Below, piece after piece: positions 20,592 through 32,321 of a DNA stretch of 64,000 bases. Source of the DNA: Actinomycetes bacterium (lineage in GTDB: Bacteria; Actinomycetota; Actinomycetes; JAHEKZ01); assembly GCA_024644345.1 (NCBI GenBank), contig JAHELE010000002.1, positions 15,585-79,584 of the forward strand. The letters are read 5' to 3'. The position numbers and the translations under genes were made by a program. Every line of letters begins with the position of its first letter. Positions within the stretch are counted from its first letter, which is position 1. The notes under the pieces were generated by a model. It searched no databases and was not told where the DNA came from. It worked only from the letters and a program-made list of their open reading frames with translations.

Positions 20592-20733
20592 TGCTCTCCT
20601 GTTCCCAAGGTCCAGGCCTGGTGGCGTGGACCGTTAGTACGTCGACATGCTCATTGCTGCGCGCTCATCGCGTGCTCGTCGCCATCTCGCCCTGCTTTCG
20701 GTCGGTCTCCGCGGCGGAGACGCATCACTGCTG

Positions 20734-21030
20734 TCAGAGGAACTGCTCGATCTGGTCACGCACCGGACCGACGTCGAGGCGGCCCGCGAGCCGGAGGGCT
20801 CGAGGCAGCGCACGTCGCCGTTCGGCGAGGTCCAGACAGGTCAGGGAGGGGTGCACGTATGCACCTCGCCCTGGGAGCCGGCGGTCGGGGTCGAGCGAGG
20901 CGATCCACTCGTCGGAGTGCTCCACCTCACGCGGCCGGGCCACCACCCGCACCAACTCGGACTGGGGCGCCCGCATGCGGCATCCCACGCACATACGCAC
21001 AGGAGACGTCGCCGACGGGCGGTCAGCCAC
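20734..21030 (-). CDS. YlxR/DUF448-family RNA-binding protein
   Basis: This is the C-terminal part of tracked ORF 20734..21624: ...RMCVGCRMRAPQSELVRVV...LPGRGAYVHPSLTCLDLA.... It lies between nusA and infB. The start is uncertain (GTG 21030 or ATG 20994). Confidence 0.7.
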   Translation of the reverse strand: MADRPSATSPVRMCVGCRMRAPQSELVRVVARPREVEHSDEWIASLDPDRRLPGRGAYVHPSLTCLDLAERRRALPRALRLAGRLDVGPVRDQIEQFL

Positions 21031-21046
21031 AGAGCACTCTACCCCG

Positions 21047-22063
21047 TCAGCTCGCCGACTCGTCGCTCGGCGGTGCCGGCGGGGCGTCGACAGGGCGCGG
21101 CGCGGTGTCCGACACGATGTCGATGCGCCATCCGGTGAGCCTGGCGGCGAGGCGGGCATTCTGCCCCTCACGGCCGATGGCGAGGGAAAGCTGGTAGTCG
21201 GGCACCACGACCTGGGCCGCCCGCGCATCAGCGTCGACCACGGTGACCGAGGAGACCCGGGCCGGAGAGAGGGCGTGGCCGACGAAGTCGGCCGGGTCGG
21301 CAGACCAGTCGACGATGTCGATCTTCTCTCCGTGCAGCTCGGCCATGACGGCTCGAACCCTCGACCCCATCGGGCCGATGCAGGCACCCTTGGCCCCCAA
21401 CCCCGGCTTGTGCGACTGCACGGCGATCTTGGTGCGATGGCCGGCCTCGCGGGCAATCGCGGCGATCTCCACCGACCCGTCGGCGATCTCGGGCACCTCG
21501 AGCGCGAACAGGGCCTTGACCAGACCCGGGTGCGTGCGAGACACCGTGACGATCGGTCCGCGACCGCCCTTGCGGACGCCGACCACATAGCAGCGCAGCC
21601 GCTCACCATGTACGTACTGCTCACCCGGAACCTGCTCGGCGGCGGGCAGCTGCGCTTCGAGAGGCCCCAGGTCGATGAGGACGGTCTGCGGATCGGGGCC
21701 TTGCTGGATCACGCCCGAGACCAGATCTCCGTCCCGACCTGACCAGGCGCCGAAGCTGGCCTCGTCCTCGGCATCACGCAGTCGCTGCAGGATCACCTGA
21801 CGCGCCGTGGTGGCGGCCACTCGACCGAACCCCTCCGGGGTGTCGTCCCACTCACGCAGAACAGCTCCCTCGTCGTCGGTCTCGGCGGCGTAGACCGTCA
21901 CGTGGCCACTCGTGCGATCGAGTTCGACCCGAGCGTTCGGATGTGCCCCCGGTGTGTGCTGGTAGGCGGTCGCGAGAGCACCTTCGATGGCCTCGACAAC
22001 GACGTCGAGAGGGATCTCCCGCTCGTTGACCAGCGACCGAAGTGCGCCCATGTCGATATCCAT
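21047..22063 (-). CDS. nusA: Transcription termination/antitermination factor NusA
   Basis: ATG 22063 ([34 protein letters not shown]...). S1 and KH domains (...[26 protein letters not shown]...). It overlaps the rimP stop by 1 nt. Confidence 0.93.
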   Translation of the reverse strand: MDIDMGALRSLVNEREIPLDVVVEAIEGALATAYQHTPGAHPNARVELDRTSGHVTVYAAETDDEGAVLREWDDTPEGFGRVAATTARQVILQRLRDAEDEASFGAWSGRDGDLVSGVIQQGPDPQTVLIDLGPLEAQLPAAEQVPGEQYVHGERLRCYVVGVRKGGRGPIVTVSRTHPGLVKALFALEVPEIADGSVEIAAIAREAGHRTKIAVQSHKPGLGAKGACIGPMGSRVRAVMAELHGEKIDIVDWSADPADFVGHALSPARVSSVTVVDADARAAQVVVPDYQLSLAIGREGQNARLAARLTGWRIDIVSDTAPRPVDAPPAPPSDESAS

Positions 22064-22563
22064 CAGTGCTCTCCCTCGGCCGCCGCGGCACCGGTGCTGC
22101 TCGACCGGTTGAACTCGACCTCGACGTGGGCCTCGGTGACCTCGCCATAGGGCACCGTGAGCTGGGGTGGTCGCTCGGGGACGCCGCCGAGGGTGACTAC
22201 GGTGTCGTCGCACGCGACGATGCGTCCGACCACGACGTCACCATCGGTGAGTGTCACCCGCACGAGGCGTTCGACATTGCGACGCCAGTGACGCGGAAGC
22301 ACGAGCGGTCGCCCCACGCCCGGCGACGAGACCTCGAGCACGTAGGGCTGCTCGCCCATCGCATCTGTTTCATCGAGGGTGGCAGAGAGAGTGGCGGTGA
22401 GCGCGGCGATGTGGTCGAGGGTGACGCCACCATCTCGATCGACCAGGACTCGTACGAGGCGGCGTCGCCCGGCCGGCTGCACCTCTACGGCCTCGATGTC
22501 GAACCCCTCAGCAGCGACGACGGGTGTCAGCACACGTTCAACCCGGTCGGCAACAGCAGACAT
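22063..22563 (-). CDS. rimP: Ribosome maturation factor RimP
   Basis: ATG 22563 ([28 protein letters not shown]...[12 protein letters not shown]...). It is directly upstream of nusA. Confidence 0.88.
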   Translation of the reverse strand: MSAVADRVERVLTPVVAAEGFDIEAVEVQPAGRRRLVRVLVDRDGGVTLDHIAALTATLSATLDETDAMGEQPYVLEVSSPGVGRPLVLPRHWRRNVERLVRVTLTDGDVVVGRIVACDDTVVTLGGVPERPPQLTVPYGEVTEAHVEVEFNRSSSTGAAAAEGEH

Positions 22564-22641
22564 CGTGGCCTCCGCCCATTCTGTTGTGTGGTGCTGGTTG
22601 TGTCCTGGTGGTGCCGTGCCACTGTACCCGGCGACCGTGGA

Positions 22642-23157
22642 ATGCTGACCCGCGTGTTCCCGCCCGTGGCTGCCGTTACCCGCCGCCGTCTCCTGATCGG
22701 TGTGACGGCGATCCCTCTCGCGCTGACCGCCAGCGCGTGCACCGAAGACCCGCCGGTCGAGCTGCCGGTCGACCCCGATCGGGCTGCGCTGCTGTCGGCT
22801 CTGGAGACCGAGCTCGCCCTGCGACGGGTGATCACGTCGTGGACGCCTTCCAGGGCTGATGACCAAGGAGCCGCCCTGCTCGTGGTCGACTCTCACGTCG
22901 CGGCCCTCTCGGGGGCGCTTGGCGGCGCCGCTGAAACCGCAGAGTCGCCGAGCGAGTCGTCGTCAGCGTCACCGTCGACCTCGTCGTCGACAGCGTCGAC
23001 CCCCAGCACCGCCGAGGTCCGCAGCGCCGTTGACGCCGCCGCCGACGCCCACAGCCGCGCACTCCGAGACATCGGGCAGCGTGTCACGCCACTCGTCGCG
23101 GCAGTTGCCGCATCAGACGCAGCTCTTGGGGCGTCCCTGCGAGGACAGCGCCCATGA
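22642..23157 (+). CDS. Putative Tat-exported lipoprotein
   Basis: ATG 22642. It has a TRRRLLIG twin-arginine motif, an LTASAC lipobox and a Ser/Thr/Pro-rich linker. The tracked ORF 22042..23157 over-extends. Confidence 0.65.
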   Translation: MLTRVFPPVAAVTRRRLLIGVTAIPLALTASACTEDPPVELPVDPDRAALLSALETELALRRVITSWTPSRADDQGAALLVVDSHVAALSGALGGAAETAESPSESSSASPSTSSSTASTPSTAEVRSAVDAAADAHSRALRDIGQRVTPLVAAVAASDAALGASLRGQRP

Positions 23158-23570
23158 GTGACGATCTGGACCTTTGGCAGCAGACGCTGGTCGCCGAGCA
23201 CGCCGCGATCTGGGGTTTCGGGCTCGTGGGTGCTGCCACACCCACAGACCTGCCGGCCCAGGCGGCCCTTGATGCCCATCGGCGTCGACGCACGCGATGC
23301 TCCGATGAGATCGTCGACCTCGGTGGCGACCCCGTCGCGTCCGCCCCCTCCTACGACGTCGCAGCGCCACCGAACGTGCGAGCTGCCAGGCGTCTGGCGG
23401 CCGACCTCGAGAACGCCTGCTCGGTGACGTACGCGGCCCTCGCCGGTGCCGACGACCGGGGCAGCCGCCTGCAGGGCGCGCAGTGGCTGCGTGAGAGTGC
23501 CGTCGCCATCTGGGCGTGGAGCGGGGTCGTGCCAGACCTTCCCGGGATCAGCCAGCGCACTCAGCAATGA
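23154..23570 (+). CDS. Ferritin-like DUF4439-type protein
   Basis: 138 aa with a 4-nt overlap with the lipoprotein gene. ...[16 protein letters not shown]... is a helical ferritin-like pattern. The family assignment is from memory. Confidence 0.55.
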   Translation: MSDDLDLWQQTLVAEHAAIWGFGLVGAATPTDLPAQAALDAHRRRRTRCSDEIVDLGGDPVASAPSYDVAAPPNVRAARRLAADLENACSVTYAALAGADDRGSRLQGAQWLRESAVAIWAWSGVVPDLPGISQRTQQ

Positions 23571-25311
23571 GCGACTGAAGCGCTTCGCCTGACGGCACGT
23601 CACGCCGATCTCCGGAAGCACGGTCGCGTACCTCGATCACGCCTTCGCTGAGATTCTTCCCGACGACGGCAATTGTCGGCATGCCGAGGAGCTCGGCGTC
23701 CTTGAACTTCACGCCGGGTGAGACGCCCTTACGGTCGTCGAAGAGCACCCGCACGCCGGCCTCGTCGAGGTCACGCGCGAGCCGATCGGCGAAGTCGTAC
23801 ACCCCTGGGTCCTTGCCAGTGGCCAACAGGTGCACGTCGGCCGGTGCGACCTCGCGGGGCCAGATGATTCCGATGTCGTCATGGGAGTTCTCGACGATCG
23901 CGGCGACAGCGCGCGAGACCCCGATGCCGTATGAGCCCATCGTGACAGTGACCAGCTTGCCGTTCTCGTCGAGCACCTTGAGCCCGAGGGCCTCGGCATA
24001 CCGACGGCCCAGCTGGAAGATGTGTCCCATCTCGATACCGCGAGCGGTCTCCAACGGTCCCCCGTCGCGCGGGCACAGGTCACCCTCGCGCACCTCCGCG
24101 GCCTCGATGACGCCGTCAGGTGTGAAGTCGCGTCCGGCCACGAGGTCGAGCACATGCCGACCGTCCTGGTCGGCGCCCGTGACCCAGGAGGTGCCATCGG
24201 CGATTCGCGGATCGACCAGGAACCGGATGCCTGACGGGTTGTCCGAACCCAGCGCACCTGGACCGATGTAGCCCTTCATCAACGAGGGAATGGCTGCGAA
24301 GTCGTCCTCGGTGAAGGCAACCAGCTCAGCCGGCTCGACCTGGGCCTGCAGGCGCTTCTCGTCAACCTCTCGATCGCCGGGCACGCCAACCGCAAGTGGC
24401 TGCCGACTTCCATCGGGCTGCTTCAGCATCACCACCACGTTCTTCAGCGTGTCGGCTGCGTGCCATGGACGGTCGTCGCGGGGAAAGGCGGCATTCAGGT
24501 GGTCCACGAGGGAATCGATGGTCGGGGTATCCGGTGTGTCCTCCACGTGCGCTGCCGGCAGACCGTCGAAGGGGACGATGTCCACGGGCCGAACGGTGAC
24601 GGCCTCGACGTTTGCGGTGTAGTCGCACGTCGTGCAGCGGACGTAGGTGTCCTCACCGTTCTCGGCCGTGGCCAGGAACTCCTCGCTGGCCGAACCGCCC
24701 ATCGCACCGGCCATGGCGTCGACAATCACGTAGTCGAACCCGAGCCGGTCGAAGATTCTGACGTAGGCGTCGCGGTGGGCTTGGTAGGACCGGCTCAACG
24801 ACTCGTCGTCGATGTCGAACGAGTACGAGTCCTTCATGACGAACTCGCGGCCACGCAGGATCCCGGCCCTAGGGCGCTGCTCGTCGCGATACTTCGTCTG
24901 AATCTGGTAGAGCCACACGGGCAGGTCTTTGTACGACGAGTAGAGATCCTTCACCAGCAGCGTGAACATCTCCTCGTGCGTCGGCCCGAGGAGGTAGTCG
25001 GCGCCCTTGCGATCCTTGAGGCGGAAGATGTTGTCCCCGTACTCGGTCCAGCGGTTGCTCGCCTCATACGGCTCGCGAGGCAGCAGCGCCGGGAAGTGGA
25101 CCTCCTGGGCCCCCATGGCGTTCATCTCGTCGCGCACGATCCGCTCGACATTGCGGAAGACCTCGTATCCCAGCGGCAGCCAGCTGTAGATGCCGGGGGC
25201 AGCTCGGCGGATGTACCCAGCCCGCACCAACAGCCGATGACTCGGCACCTCCGCATCAGCGGGGTCCTCGCGGAGCGTCCGGAGGAAGAGGGTCGACATC
25301 CGCAACAGCAC
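23548..25311 (-). CDS. proS: Proline--tRNA ligase
   Basis: 587 aa: [48 protein letters not shown]... Confidence 0.95.
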   Translation of the reverse strand: MLLRMSTLFLRTLREDPADAEVPSHRLLVRAGYIRRAAPGIYSWLPLGYEVFRNVERIVRDEMNAMGAQEVHFPALLPREPYEASNRWTEYGDNIFRLKDRKGADYLLGPTHEEMFTLLVKDLYSSYKDLPVWLYQIQTKYRDEQRPRAGILRGREFVMKDSYSFDIDDESLSRSYQAHRDAYVRIFDRLGFDYVIVDAMAGAMGGSASEEFLATAENGEDTYVRCTTCDYTANVEAVTVRPVDIVPFDGLPAAHVEDTPDTPTIDSLVDHLNAAFPRDDRPWHAADTLKNVVVMLKQPDGSRQPLAVGVPGDREVDEKRLQAQVEPAELVAFTEDDFAAIPSLMKGYIGPGALGSDNPSGIRFLVDPRIADGTSWVTGADQDGRHVLDLVAGRDFTPDGVIEAAEVREGDLCPRDGGPLETARGIEMGHIFQLGRRYAEALGLKVLDENGKLVTVTMGSYGIGVSRAVAAIVENSHDDIGIIWPREVAPADVHLLATGKDPGVYDFADRLARDLDEAGVRVLFDDRKGVSPGVKFKDAELLGMPTIAVVGKNLSEGVIEVRDRASGDRRDVPSGEALQSLIAECAG

Positions 25312-25358
25312 AGGAACTCCTTGTCGATGACCGGTATCGGGGGCCTACTCTCCCACCC

Positions 25359-25862
25359 ATGGCCGATGAACCGACACTCGATATCGATGAAAGGCCAGAT
25401 CCGCTGCCCGCGCACGGTCGCCCCTTCGTCCCCAGCGACTTCCAGACGCCCTCACCACCACGCAGCGAGACTTTCTGGCTCGAGCCGTTGGGGCTACAGC
25501 ACAACGACGCCGACTATGCCGCCTGGACGTCGTCGATGGAGCACATCCATGCCACGCCCGGCTTCAGCCAGAGCCGGTGGCCGCACCCGATGACCCTGGA
25601 CGAGAACGCAGCCGACCTGCGCATGCACGCCGACCACTTCGACCGCCGTCTGGGATTCACCTACACGGTCCGGGCCACCGGCGACGACGACGTCATCGGG
25701 TGCGTCTACATCTACCCCAGTGGCGACAGCGACGTCGACGCGTCCGTGCGTTCCTGGGTGCGGGCATCCCACGCCGAGCTCGACGCCGAGCTCTGGCGAG
25801 TGGTGAGCAGCTGGCTCGCCGACCAATGGCCCTTCGACGGGGTCGACTACGCCGCCCGATGA
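25359..25862 (+). CDS. Putative GNAT-like acetyltransferase
   Basis: 167 aa with GC3-rich codons. The ...FTYTVRATGDDDVIGCVYIYP... beta-strand pattern resembles GNAT. The assignment is weak. Confidence 0.5.
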   Translation: MADEPTLDIDERPDPLPAHGRPFVPSDFQTPSPPRSETFWLEPLGLQHNDADYAAWTSSMEHIHATPGFSQSRWPHPMTLDENAADLRMHADHFDRRLGFTYTVRATGDDDVIGCVYIYPSGDSDVDASVRSWVRASHAELDAELWRVVSSWLADQWPFDGVDYAAR

Positions 25863-25885
25863 CGCCCGACCCCGACCGGGCTGGC

Positions 25886-25917
25886 ACAGATCAAGAACAG
25901 GTACAGATCAGAACAGG
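25886..25917. repeat. AT-rich tandem direct repeat ACAGATCA(A)GAACAGG x2
   Basis: The units are acagatcaagaacagg (25886-25901) and acagatcagaacagg (25903-25917). They lie between convergent genes, and the second unit covers the stop codon of the 25908..26774 gene. Confidence 0.7.
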
Positions 25918-26774
25918 ACAGTCGCGAACGTGCTGTGCGCCTCAAAACCCACGCGGTCGTATGCGATCCGGGCCGCCTCGTTGTACTCGTTGACGTACAG
26001 GCTCACCGTGGGAACGAACCGCTCGCGGGCATACCGAACCACCGAGGCCATCCCCGGGGCAGCCAGGCCTTGGCCTCGGCGCTCGGGCTGCACCCATACG
26101 CCCTGCACCTGGCAGGCCAGGGACGAGACCGACCCCAGCTCGGCCTTGAACACGACGTTGCCGTTCTCGATCCGCGCCAGCGCCCGGCCGGCCAGGACCA
26201 GCTCACGCACCCGGGCCCGGTAGAGGGAACCGTCACCAGCGGAGACAGGTGAGACTCCGACCTCCTCGGTGAACATCGCCACGCAAGCCGGCAGCAGGAT
26301 GTCCAGCTCGTCTTCGCGCACGGGTCGGACGCCGTCGTCACCGTCGATGGCGGGGTCACCGTTGATCGCCAGCACCGGCTGGTTGTCGCGCACGTCGCGC
26401 GCCGGGCCCCACGACTCCTCGAGGGCCTGCCACAGCGACAGAACCTGCTGCCGAGGCCCGACGATCGAGGAACAGCGACGTCCGCGTCGACGCGCCCGCT
26501 CGGCAAATGCGGCTATGGCCGACGGATCGGCGGCGTCGGGAACCAGATTGGCTCCTGCGTAGCACAGCCCCGACCAGCGACGTCCTTCTCCGAACCCCCA
26601 CAGCTCTCCGCCGAGGCGCCACGAGTGCTGCAGTGCCGCCTCGATCCTGGCGGCAGCAAAGACGTTGCCCACTGGGTCGGAGGCCAGATGCTCAGCAGCT
26701 GCCGCCAGATCAGCGGCACCCAGGACCCGCAGCGCCGAGACGGCGGGGGCTGGCGGTTCGGCGTGGGTGGTCAT
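25908..26774 (-). CDS. GNAT family N-acetyltransferase (DUF4081 plus GNAT architecture)
   Basis: 288 aa. The C-terminal GNAT core is ...VWVQPERRGQGLAAPGMASVV.... It sits directly downstream of ispG, as in mycobacteria. Confidence 0.7.
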   Translation of the reverse strand: MTTHAEPPAPAVSALRVLGAADLAAAAEHLASDPVGNVFAAARIEAALQHSWRLGGELWGFGEGRRWSGLCYAGANLVPDAADPSAIAAFAERARRRGRRCSSIVGPRQQVLSLWQALEESWGPARDVRDNQPVLAINGDPAIDGDDGVRPVREDELDILLPACVAMFTEEVGVSPVSAGDGSLYRARVRELVLAGRALARIENGNVVFKAELGSVSSLACQVQGVWVQPERRGQGLAAPGMASVVRYARERFVPTVSLYVNEYNEAARIAYDRVGFEAHSTFATVLF

Positions 26775-26775
26775 C

Positions 26776-27942
26776 TCAACCCACGACCACCTCGGCGGCC
26801 TGGCCGCTCTCGGGGTCGACGCCCATCTCCTCCGCCAGGCGCAGTGCCTCCTCGATCAAGGTCTCAACGATCTCGGCCTCGGGAACGGTCTTGATCACCT
26901 CTCCGCGAACGAAGATCTGACCCTTTCCGTTCCCGGACGCCACCCCCAGGTCGGCCTCCCTGGCCTCCCCCGGCCCGTTGACGACGCATCCCATCACCGC
27001 AACGCGTAGCGGAACGTTCAGACCTTCCAGTCCGGACGTCACCTGCTCGGCCAACGTGTAGACGTCGACCTGCGCACGTCCGCAGCTCGGGCACGACACG
27101 ATCTCGAGGCCGCGCTCCCGCAGACCCAACGACTCGAGGATCGCGATGCCCACCTTGACCTCCTCGACCGGAGGCGCCGACAAGGACACCCTGATCGTGT
27201 CTCCGATGCCTTCGGCGAGCAGCGCACCGAAAGCAACGGCCGACTTCACCGTCCCCTGGAACGTGGGTCCCGCCTCGGTGACGCCGAGGTGGAGCGGGTA
27301 GTCGCACTGCTCGGAGAGCTGACGGTAGGCAGCCACCATGACCACCGGATCGTGGTGCTTGACCGAGATCTTGATGTCACCGAAGCCATGCTCTTCAAAG
27401 AGCGAGCACTCCCACAGGGCCGACTCCACGAGCGCCTCAGGAGTGGCCCGGCCGTACTTGGCGAGCAGGCGCGGGTCGAGTGATCCCGCGTTCACCCCGA
27501 TCCGGATGGGCACACCGGCCTCTCCGGCTGCCCTGGCGATCTCGCCGACCTTGTCGTCGAACTGCTTGATGTTGCCCGGGTTGACCCGGACCCCGGCACA
27601 GCCGGCGTCGATCGCAGCGAAGACGTACCGCGGCTGGAAGTGGATGTCGGCGATGACGGGGATCTGCGATTTCGCGGCGATGACGGCCAACGCGTCGGCG
27701 TCGTCCTGGCTCGGGCAGGCCACCCGCACGACCTGGCATCCGGATGCCGTGAGCTCGGCGATCTGTTGCAGAGTCGCGTTGACATCGGCGGTGACCGTCG
27801 TCGTCATCGACTGGACCGACACGGGGGCATCTCCGCCGACCGGTACCGGGTGGGTGGGGTGTCGAAGGACGATCTGCCTCGTCGGTCGCCGGGGAGCCAG
27901 CGGTTTTGGCGGCGGAGCAGGGACGCCGAGGGCAACGGTCAT
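26776..27942 (-). CDS. ispG: 4-hydroxy-3-methylbut-2-en-1-yl diphosphate synthase
   Basis: ATG 27942 ([11 protein letters not shown]...). ...VSVQSMTTT...RVACP...IPVIADIHF...SCPSCGR...[10 protein letters not shown].... The tracked ORF over-extends to 28269. Confidence 0.93.
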   Translation of the reverse strand: MTVALGVPAPPPKPLAPRRPTRQIVLRHPTHPVPVGGDAPVSVQSMTTTVTADVNATLQQIAELTASGCQVVRVACPSQDDADALAVIAAKSQIPVIADIHFQPRYVFAAIDAGCAGVRVNPGNIKQFDDKVGEIARAAGEAGVPIRIGVNAGSLDPRLLAKYGRATPEALVESALWECSLFEEHGFGDIKISVKHHDPVVMVAAYRQLSEQCDYPLHLGVTEAGPTFQGTVKSAVAFGALLAEGIGDTIRVSLSAPPVEEVKVGIAILESLGLRERGLEIVSCPSCGRAQVDVYTLAEQVTSGLEGLNVPLRVAVMGCVVNGPGEAREADLGVASGNGKGQIFVRGEVIKTVPEAEIVETLIEEALRLAEEMGVDPESGQAAEVVVG

Positions 27943-27989
27943 ACCAGCAGTATCCCTTGAGTCGACCGTCCTGACCCGCTCAGGTTCCT

Positions 27990-29282
27990 TTAGTTGAGCG
28001 CAATCGGGTTGACGATGTCGGCGTAGATCAGCAGCACCGACATGCCGATCAGCAGGAAGGCCACGGTATAGGCGACCGGCAGCATCCTGGCCACGTCCAC
28101 CGGGCCGGGATCGGGCCGCCCGCGCGCCTTGGCGATCTGCCGCCTCGACCCCTCGTAGAGGGCGCCCGCGACGTGCCCGCCGTCCAGCGGCAGCAGCGGG
28201 ATCAGGTTGAAGAAGAACAGGGCCATGTTCAGCGCGGCGAGCAGGGTGAGCCAGTTCGCGACCTTCCACCCGACCGTGGCCTGGTCCTCAGCCACCGCGA
28301 CGCTGAACTTTCCGACCCCGACGACGCTGACCGGCCCGGTCGGGTCGCGCTCCTGGTTGCCGAAGGCCGCCTGCCAGACACCCACCATCTTGCTGGGGAT
28401 GGACACGATCGCCTGACCCGAACGTGACACGAACTCCCACATCCGTTGCGGAACGGCGGTGATCGACGAGCGTTGCTGCTCGACGCTCGGGCTCAGTCCG
28501 ATGAATCCGGCCGTCACGACAGCGTTGGGGTTGTCAGGGTCGGGCACCTCGGTGCTTCCGACGGTGACGGGGACCTCGATCGACGTCCCATCGCGGTCGA
28601 CGGTGAGCACGATCTCTTCACCCGGCTGCGCGCGGATGACATCGACGACGTCGAGCCAGTCGGTGTAGGCGACGCCGTCAACGGCCACGATCGTGTCGCC
28701 GGCGGCGAGGCCTGCGGCGGCCGCAGGGCTCCGTGGGTCAGCGTCCGTGCACTCGTCGACGACGTTGGACGGCACGCAGGGGGCCACCTCGCCGACTGTG
28801 GTCGTCAGGGTCGGAACCCCCAGCACCACCAGGGCCGCGGTGTAGAGCAGACCGGCCAGGAACAGGTTCATGGTGGGTCCGCCCAGCATGACGACCAGCT
28901 TCTGCCGCACCGGTAGCTGGTAGAACGCCCGATGCTCCTCACCGGCTCTGATCTCTTCGACCGACGTGCGTCGGGCGTCCTCGATCATGGACTGGAACGG
29001 ACCGGTGCTCGAGGCCGCGAGCACCAGCTCACCTTCGCGGTTGCGGTGCGGTGGGAACATCCCCACCATCCGGATGTACCCGCCGAACGGGACAGCCTTG
29101 ACCCCGTACTCGGTCTCTCCTCGCACCCGGGACCACATGGTCGGCCCGAACCCGACCATGTACTGCGTTACCCGTACGCCGAAGCGCTTCGCCGGAAGCA
29201 GGTGGCCCACCTCGTGCAGGGCGATCGAACCGAGAACACCGATGGCAAACACGGCAAGACCGATCAGTCCCGCACCGCTCAC
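27990..29282 (-). CDS. M50-family site-2 protease (RseP/Rip1-like)
   Basis: 430 aa with the HEVGH zinc motif, an internal PDZ-like segment and multiple TM helices. It lies between dxr and ispG. Confidence 0.9.
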   Translation of the reverse strand: MSGAGLIGLAVFAIGVLGSIALHEVGHLLPAKRFGVRVTQYMVGFGPTMWSRVRGETEYGVKAVPFGGYIRMVGMFPPHRNREGELVLAASSTGPFQSMIEDARRTSVEEIRAGEEHRAFYQLPVRQKLVVMLGGPTMNLFLAGLLYTAALVVLGVPTLTTTVGEVAPCVPSNVVDECTDADPRSPAAAAGLAAGDTIVAVDGVAYTDWLDVVDVIRAQPGEEIVLTVDRDGTSIEVPVTVGSTEVPDPDNPNAVVTAGFIGLSPSVEQQRSSITAVPQRMWEFVSRSGQAIVSIPSKMVGVWQAAFGNQERDPTGPVSVVGVGKFSVAVAEDQATVGWKVANWLTLLAALNMALFFFNLIPLLPLDGGHVAGALYEGSRRQIAKARGRPDPGPVDVARMLPVAYTVAFLLIGMSVLLIYADIVNPIALN

Positions 29283-30490
29283 CGTGGTCTCCTTCCTCCG
29301 GACCCGCTGATGTCCTCGTCGACTCCGAGCAGCTGGCGCGCACGCGTGCGAGCCCAGCGATCGGCGTCCATCACCTGGTCAACGGTAAGCGACAATCGCC
29401 TTGCATCCGAACTGACGGCCACCAGGTGCTCGTCGAGGACGGCTGCGACCGTGTCCACGATGGCCAGGAAGTCAGTGGTGCCGTCGAGGAAAGCCGCTAC
29501 GGCAGCCTCGTTCGCCGCATTGAAGACGGCCGGGGACGTGCCGCCTGCGGCCCCGGCCCGTCTGGCGAGGCCAACGGCTGGAAAGGCTTCCTGGTCGAGC
29601 GGGAAGAACTCCCACGTCGTCGCCGCCGTCCAGTCGAGGGCAGGCGCAGCGTGCGGCACCCGATCGGGCCACGCCAAACCCAACGCGATCGGCAGCTTCA
29701 TGTCGGGCGGACTGGCCTGGGCGAGGGTAGACCCGTCGACGAACTCGACCATCGAGTGCACGATCGACTGCGGGTGCACCACTACCTCGATGCGGTCGAA
29801 CGGAATGCCGAACAGCAGATGCGCCTCGATGACCTCCAGGCCCTTGTTGACCAGCGTTGCAGAGTTGATGGTGACCAGTGGCCCCATGTCCCACGTGGGG
29901 TGGTCAAGCGCCTCGACCGGTGTCACGCGGCCCAGCTCACCCCGGTTCCGTCCGCGGAACGGGCCACCGCTGGCCGTGACCACGAGTCGGCGCACTTCAC
30001 CGGAGTCTCCTCCCCTCAGGCATTGCGCAAGGGCTGAGTGCTCGGAGTCGACGGGCACGATCTGACCGGGGGCCGCCGCGGCCGTCACCAGGGGGCCACC
30101 GATGATCAGCGACTCCTTGTTGGCCAGCGCCAGACGTCGTCCCGCCGTCAGCGCGGCCAGGGTCGGACGCAGCCCGGCTGACCCCTCCATGCCGTTGAGC
30201 ACGATATCGCTGGGCCAGGCCGCCACCTCGCTGGCTGCATCCGGGCCCACGATGAGCACAGGGTTGACCCCGACGTCCTTCAGGGCCGCCCGGACCGAGT
30301 CGGCCGACGACGCATCGGCCACCCCGACCGCCGCAACCTGCAATCGGGCTGCCTGGTCAGCCAACAGCCGCGGCTGCCCGCCCTTGGCGGCCAGTGCAAC
30401 GACGCGGAAGGCCTTCGGGTTCTGCTCGACGACGTCGATGGCCTGGGTCCCGATCGACCCGGTCGATCCGAGCAAGGTGACTGAGCGCAC
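29279..30490 (-). CDS. dxr: 1-deoxy-D-xylulose 5-phosphate reductoisomerase
   Basis: GTG 30490 ([21 protein letters not shown]...). The alternative start is 30541. Confidence 0.92.
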   Translation of the reverse strand: MRSVTLLGSTGSIGTQAIDVVEQNPKAFRVVALAAKGGQPRLLADQAARLQVAAVGVADASSADSVRAALKDVGVNPVLIVGPDAASEVAAWPSDIVLNGMEGSAGLRPTLAALTAGRRLALANKESLIIGGPLVTAAAAPGQIVPVDSEHSALAQCLRGGDSGEVRRLVVTASGGPFRGRNRGELGRVTPVEALDHPTWDMGPLVTINSATLVNKGLEVIEAHLLFGIPFDRIEVVVHPQSIVHSMVEFVDGSTLAQASPPDMKLPIALGLAWPDRVPHAAPALDWTAATTWEFFPLDQEAFPAVGLARRAGAAGGTSPAVFNAANEAAVAAFLDGTTDFLAIVDTVAAVLDEHLVAVSSDARRLSLTVDQVMDADRWARTRARQLLGVDEDISGSGGRRPR

Positions 30491-30725
30491 CCGCTCAGTC
30501 TGACAGTGCAGCAGCCTGGCGTGACGCGTACCCGGCGACACCCTCGGATCGGAGCCCCCATGGACCAGGACCTGGTGGACAAGGCACTCGACACGGCACA
30601 GCGGGTCGTGGCAGTGGAGCGATCTCGTCCAACGGACCCGGAAACGTCAAGCATCCGCGTCCTCGACAGCGACGAGTTGTAGTCACCGCCGCTCCATCGC
30701 TGCTGGTCAGCTGCGACTCCGTCCG

Positions 30726-32189
30726 TTACAGGGTCAGCCCCGTCAGCACCATGACGCGCTCCTCGGTGAAGTCGGTCATGGCATACGCGACGCCTTCGCG
30801 TCCGACACCGGACTCCTTGACTCCCCCGTAGGGCATCTGGTCTGCCCGATAGCTCGGAACGTCTCCGATGATGACGCCACCGACATGCAGCTCGGAGAAG
30901 AAGCGGAAGGCCGTGCGGGTGTCCTTGGTGAAGACCCCCGTCTGCAGCCCGAATCGCGAGTCGTTGACGGCTTCGATCGCGCCGTCGACACCGTCCACGG
31001 GGGCCAGGACCACGACAGGACCGAACACCTCCTCGCACCAGACCTTGGCGTTCTCGGGCACGTCGACGAGCACGGCTGGGGAGACCGCCGCTCCCTCGCG
31101 CGCACCGCCGGTGAGCAGCTTGGCTCCCCCGTCGACGGCTTCGTCGATCCAGTCACAGACCCGGCGAGCGGCGTTCTCGTCGACGAGCGGCCCCACCTCG
31201 GTCCGCGGGTCGGTGACGTCTCCGGTGGCTAGGTTCTCGACGTGGCCAACCACTCGTGCCACGACGTCCTCGTAGATCGGCCGGTCGACCAGGACCCGCT
31301 GCACCGAGATGCAGGACTGCCCTGCCTGGTAGTTGGCGAACAACGCGATCCGCTCGGCGGCCCAGTCAAGGTCAGCGGCGGCGCTGAAGTCGCTGAGCAC
31401 GACCGCGGCGGCGTTGCCCCCCAGCTCGAGCACAACGTGCTTTCCGGGCACCGCCTCGCGAATCGCGTAGCCGACCGGTGCCGACCCGGTGAACGAGATG
31501 ATCGGCAGACGTGGGTCGGCCACCAGCTCGGGCATGCGGTCGTTCGGTACCGGGAGCACCGACCACATGCCGGCGGGCAGCTCGGTCTCAGCCAGCAGCT
31601 CGCCGAGCAACAGCGCCGACAGTGGCGTCGCAGGCGCCGGCTTGATCAGGATCGGTGAGCCGACCGCAATGGCGGGAGCCACCTTGTGGGCGACGAGGTT
31701 GAGCGGGAAGTTGAACGGCGCGATGCCCAACACCGGGCCCTTTGGCACACGCTTGACCAGGGCCAACCGACCGTCAGCGGCCGTCTCGGTGTCCAGACGC
31801 TGGACGTCGCCACTCCACCGCCGGGCCTCCTCAGCTGCCCACCGAAAGACGCTGGCAGCTCTGGTCACCTCGATGCGCGACCACTTGATCGGCTTGCCGT
31901 TCTCCGACGTGATGACGGCAGCGAACTCGTCCAGCCGCTCGAGCAGCCGGGCGGCAACGTGTGCGAGGGCATCAGCACGTTGCCCGAGCGTGAGGAGCTG
32001 TGCCGGAACCCGGGCGCTGTCGAGCGCCGCCACCGCCCGCTCGACCTGATCGGGGGTGGGGATGCTCACCGACGCCACCTCGACCCCGTCGGGGCCGGTC
32101 ACCGGGCGCTGCTCGTCACCGGTCGCGCGCACTCCCGCCAGCCAGAAGGGCTGCGGGTCTGCGGACCGGGTGGTCACCTGTGACGACAT
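30726..32189 (-). CDS. NAD(P)-dependent aldehyde dehydrogenase (candidate succinate-semialdehyde dehydrogenase)
   Basis: ATG 32189 after AAGGAG (MSSQVTTRSAD...). ALDH motifs are VLELGGNA and the catalytic Cys in GQSCISVQR. The function is inferred from the adjacent PucR and gabT genes. Confidence 0.85.
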   Translation of the reverse strand: MSSQVTTRSADPQPFWLAGVRATGDEQRPVTGPDGVEVASVSIPTPDQVERAVAALDSARVPAQLLTLGQRADALAHVAARLLERLDEFAAVITSENGKPIKWSRIEVTRAASVFRWAAEEARRWSGDVQRLDTETAADGRLALVKRVPKGPVLGIAPFNFPLNLVAHKVAPAIAVGSPILIKPAPATPLSALLLGELLAETELPAGMWSVLPVPNDRMPELVADPRLPIISFTGSAPVGYAIREAVPGKHVVLELGGNAAAVVLSDFSAAADLDWAAERIALFANYQAGQSCISVQRVLVDRPIYEDVVARVVGHVENLATGDVTDPRTEVGPLVDENAARRVCDWIDEAVDGGAKLLTGGAREGAAVSPAVLVDVPENAKVWCEEVFGPVVVLAPVDGVDGAIEAVNDSRFGLQTGVFTKDTRTAFRFFSELHVGGVIIGDVPSYRADQMPYGGVKESGVGREGVAYAMTDFTEERVMVLTGLTL

Positions 32190-32321
32190 GACGCTCCTTG
32201 ATGGCTCAGTGGTCGCACGGCTCGGGGTTCTCACTGCTCGTGCTGTTGCCACGGTACGGAGGCAGCGCCTGGCGACCGTTGGACATAACGGCAGAGTCAA
32301 GGCGTCCTCATGGCCGAAGTG

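Noticed and set aside
20704-20722. GTCTCCGC-G-GCGGAGAC inverted repeat between ylxR and infB as a terminator
   Set aside because: As drawn the loop would be 1 nt. The realistic form is a 6-bp stem with a 5-nt loop and no U tract, inside an operon known to be co-transcribed. It is too weak to call.
17889-21197. 1102-aa plus-strand ORF, the longest in the track
   Set aside because: It is antisense to infB, ylxR and nusA, all of which have unmistakable motifs. The product is Arg/Gly/Leu/Asp-rich with no domain pattern. This is the typical open antisense frame of a GC-rich genome.
30495-30686. 63-aa minus-strand ORF in the dxr upstream gap
   Set aside because: It is Cys/Pro/Arg-rich with no ribosome-binding site and no family resemblance. 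It overlaps the slightly more plausible plus-strand 40-aa ORF.
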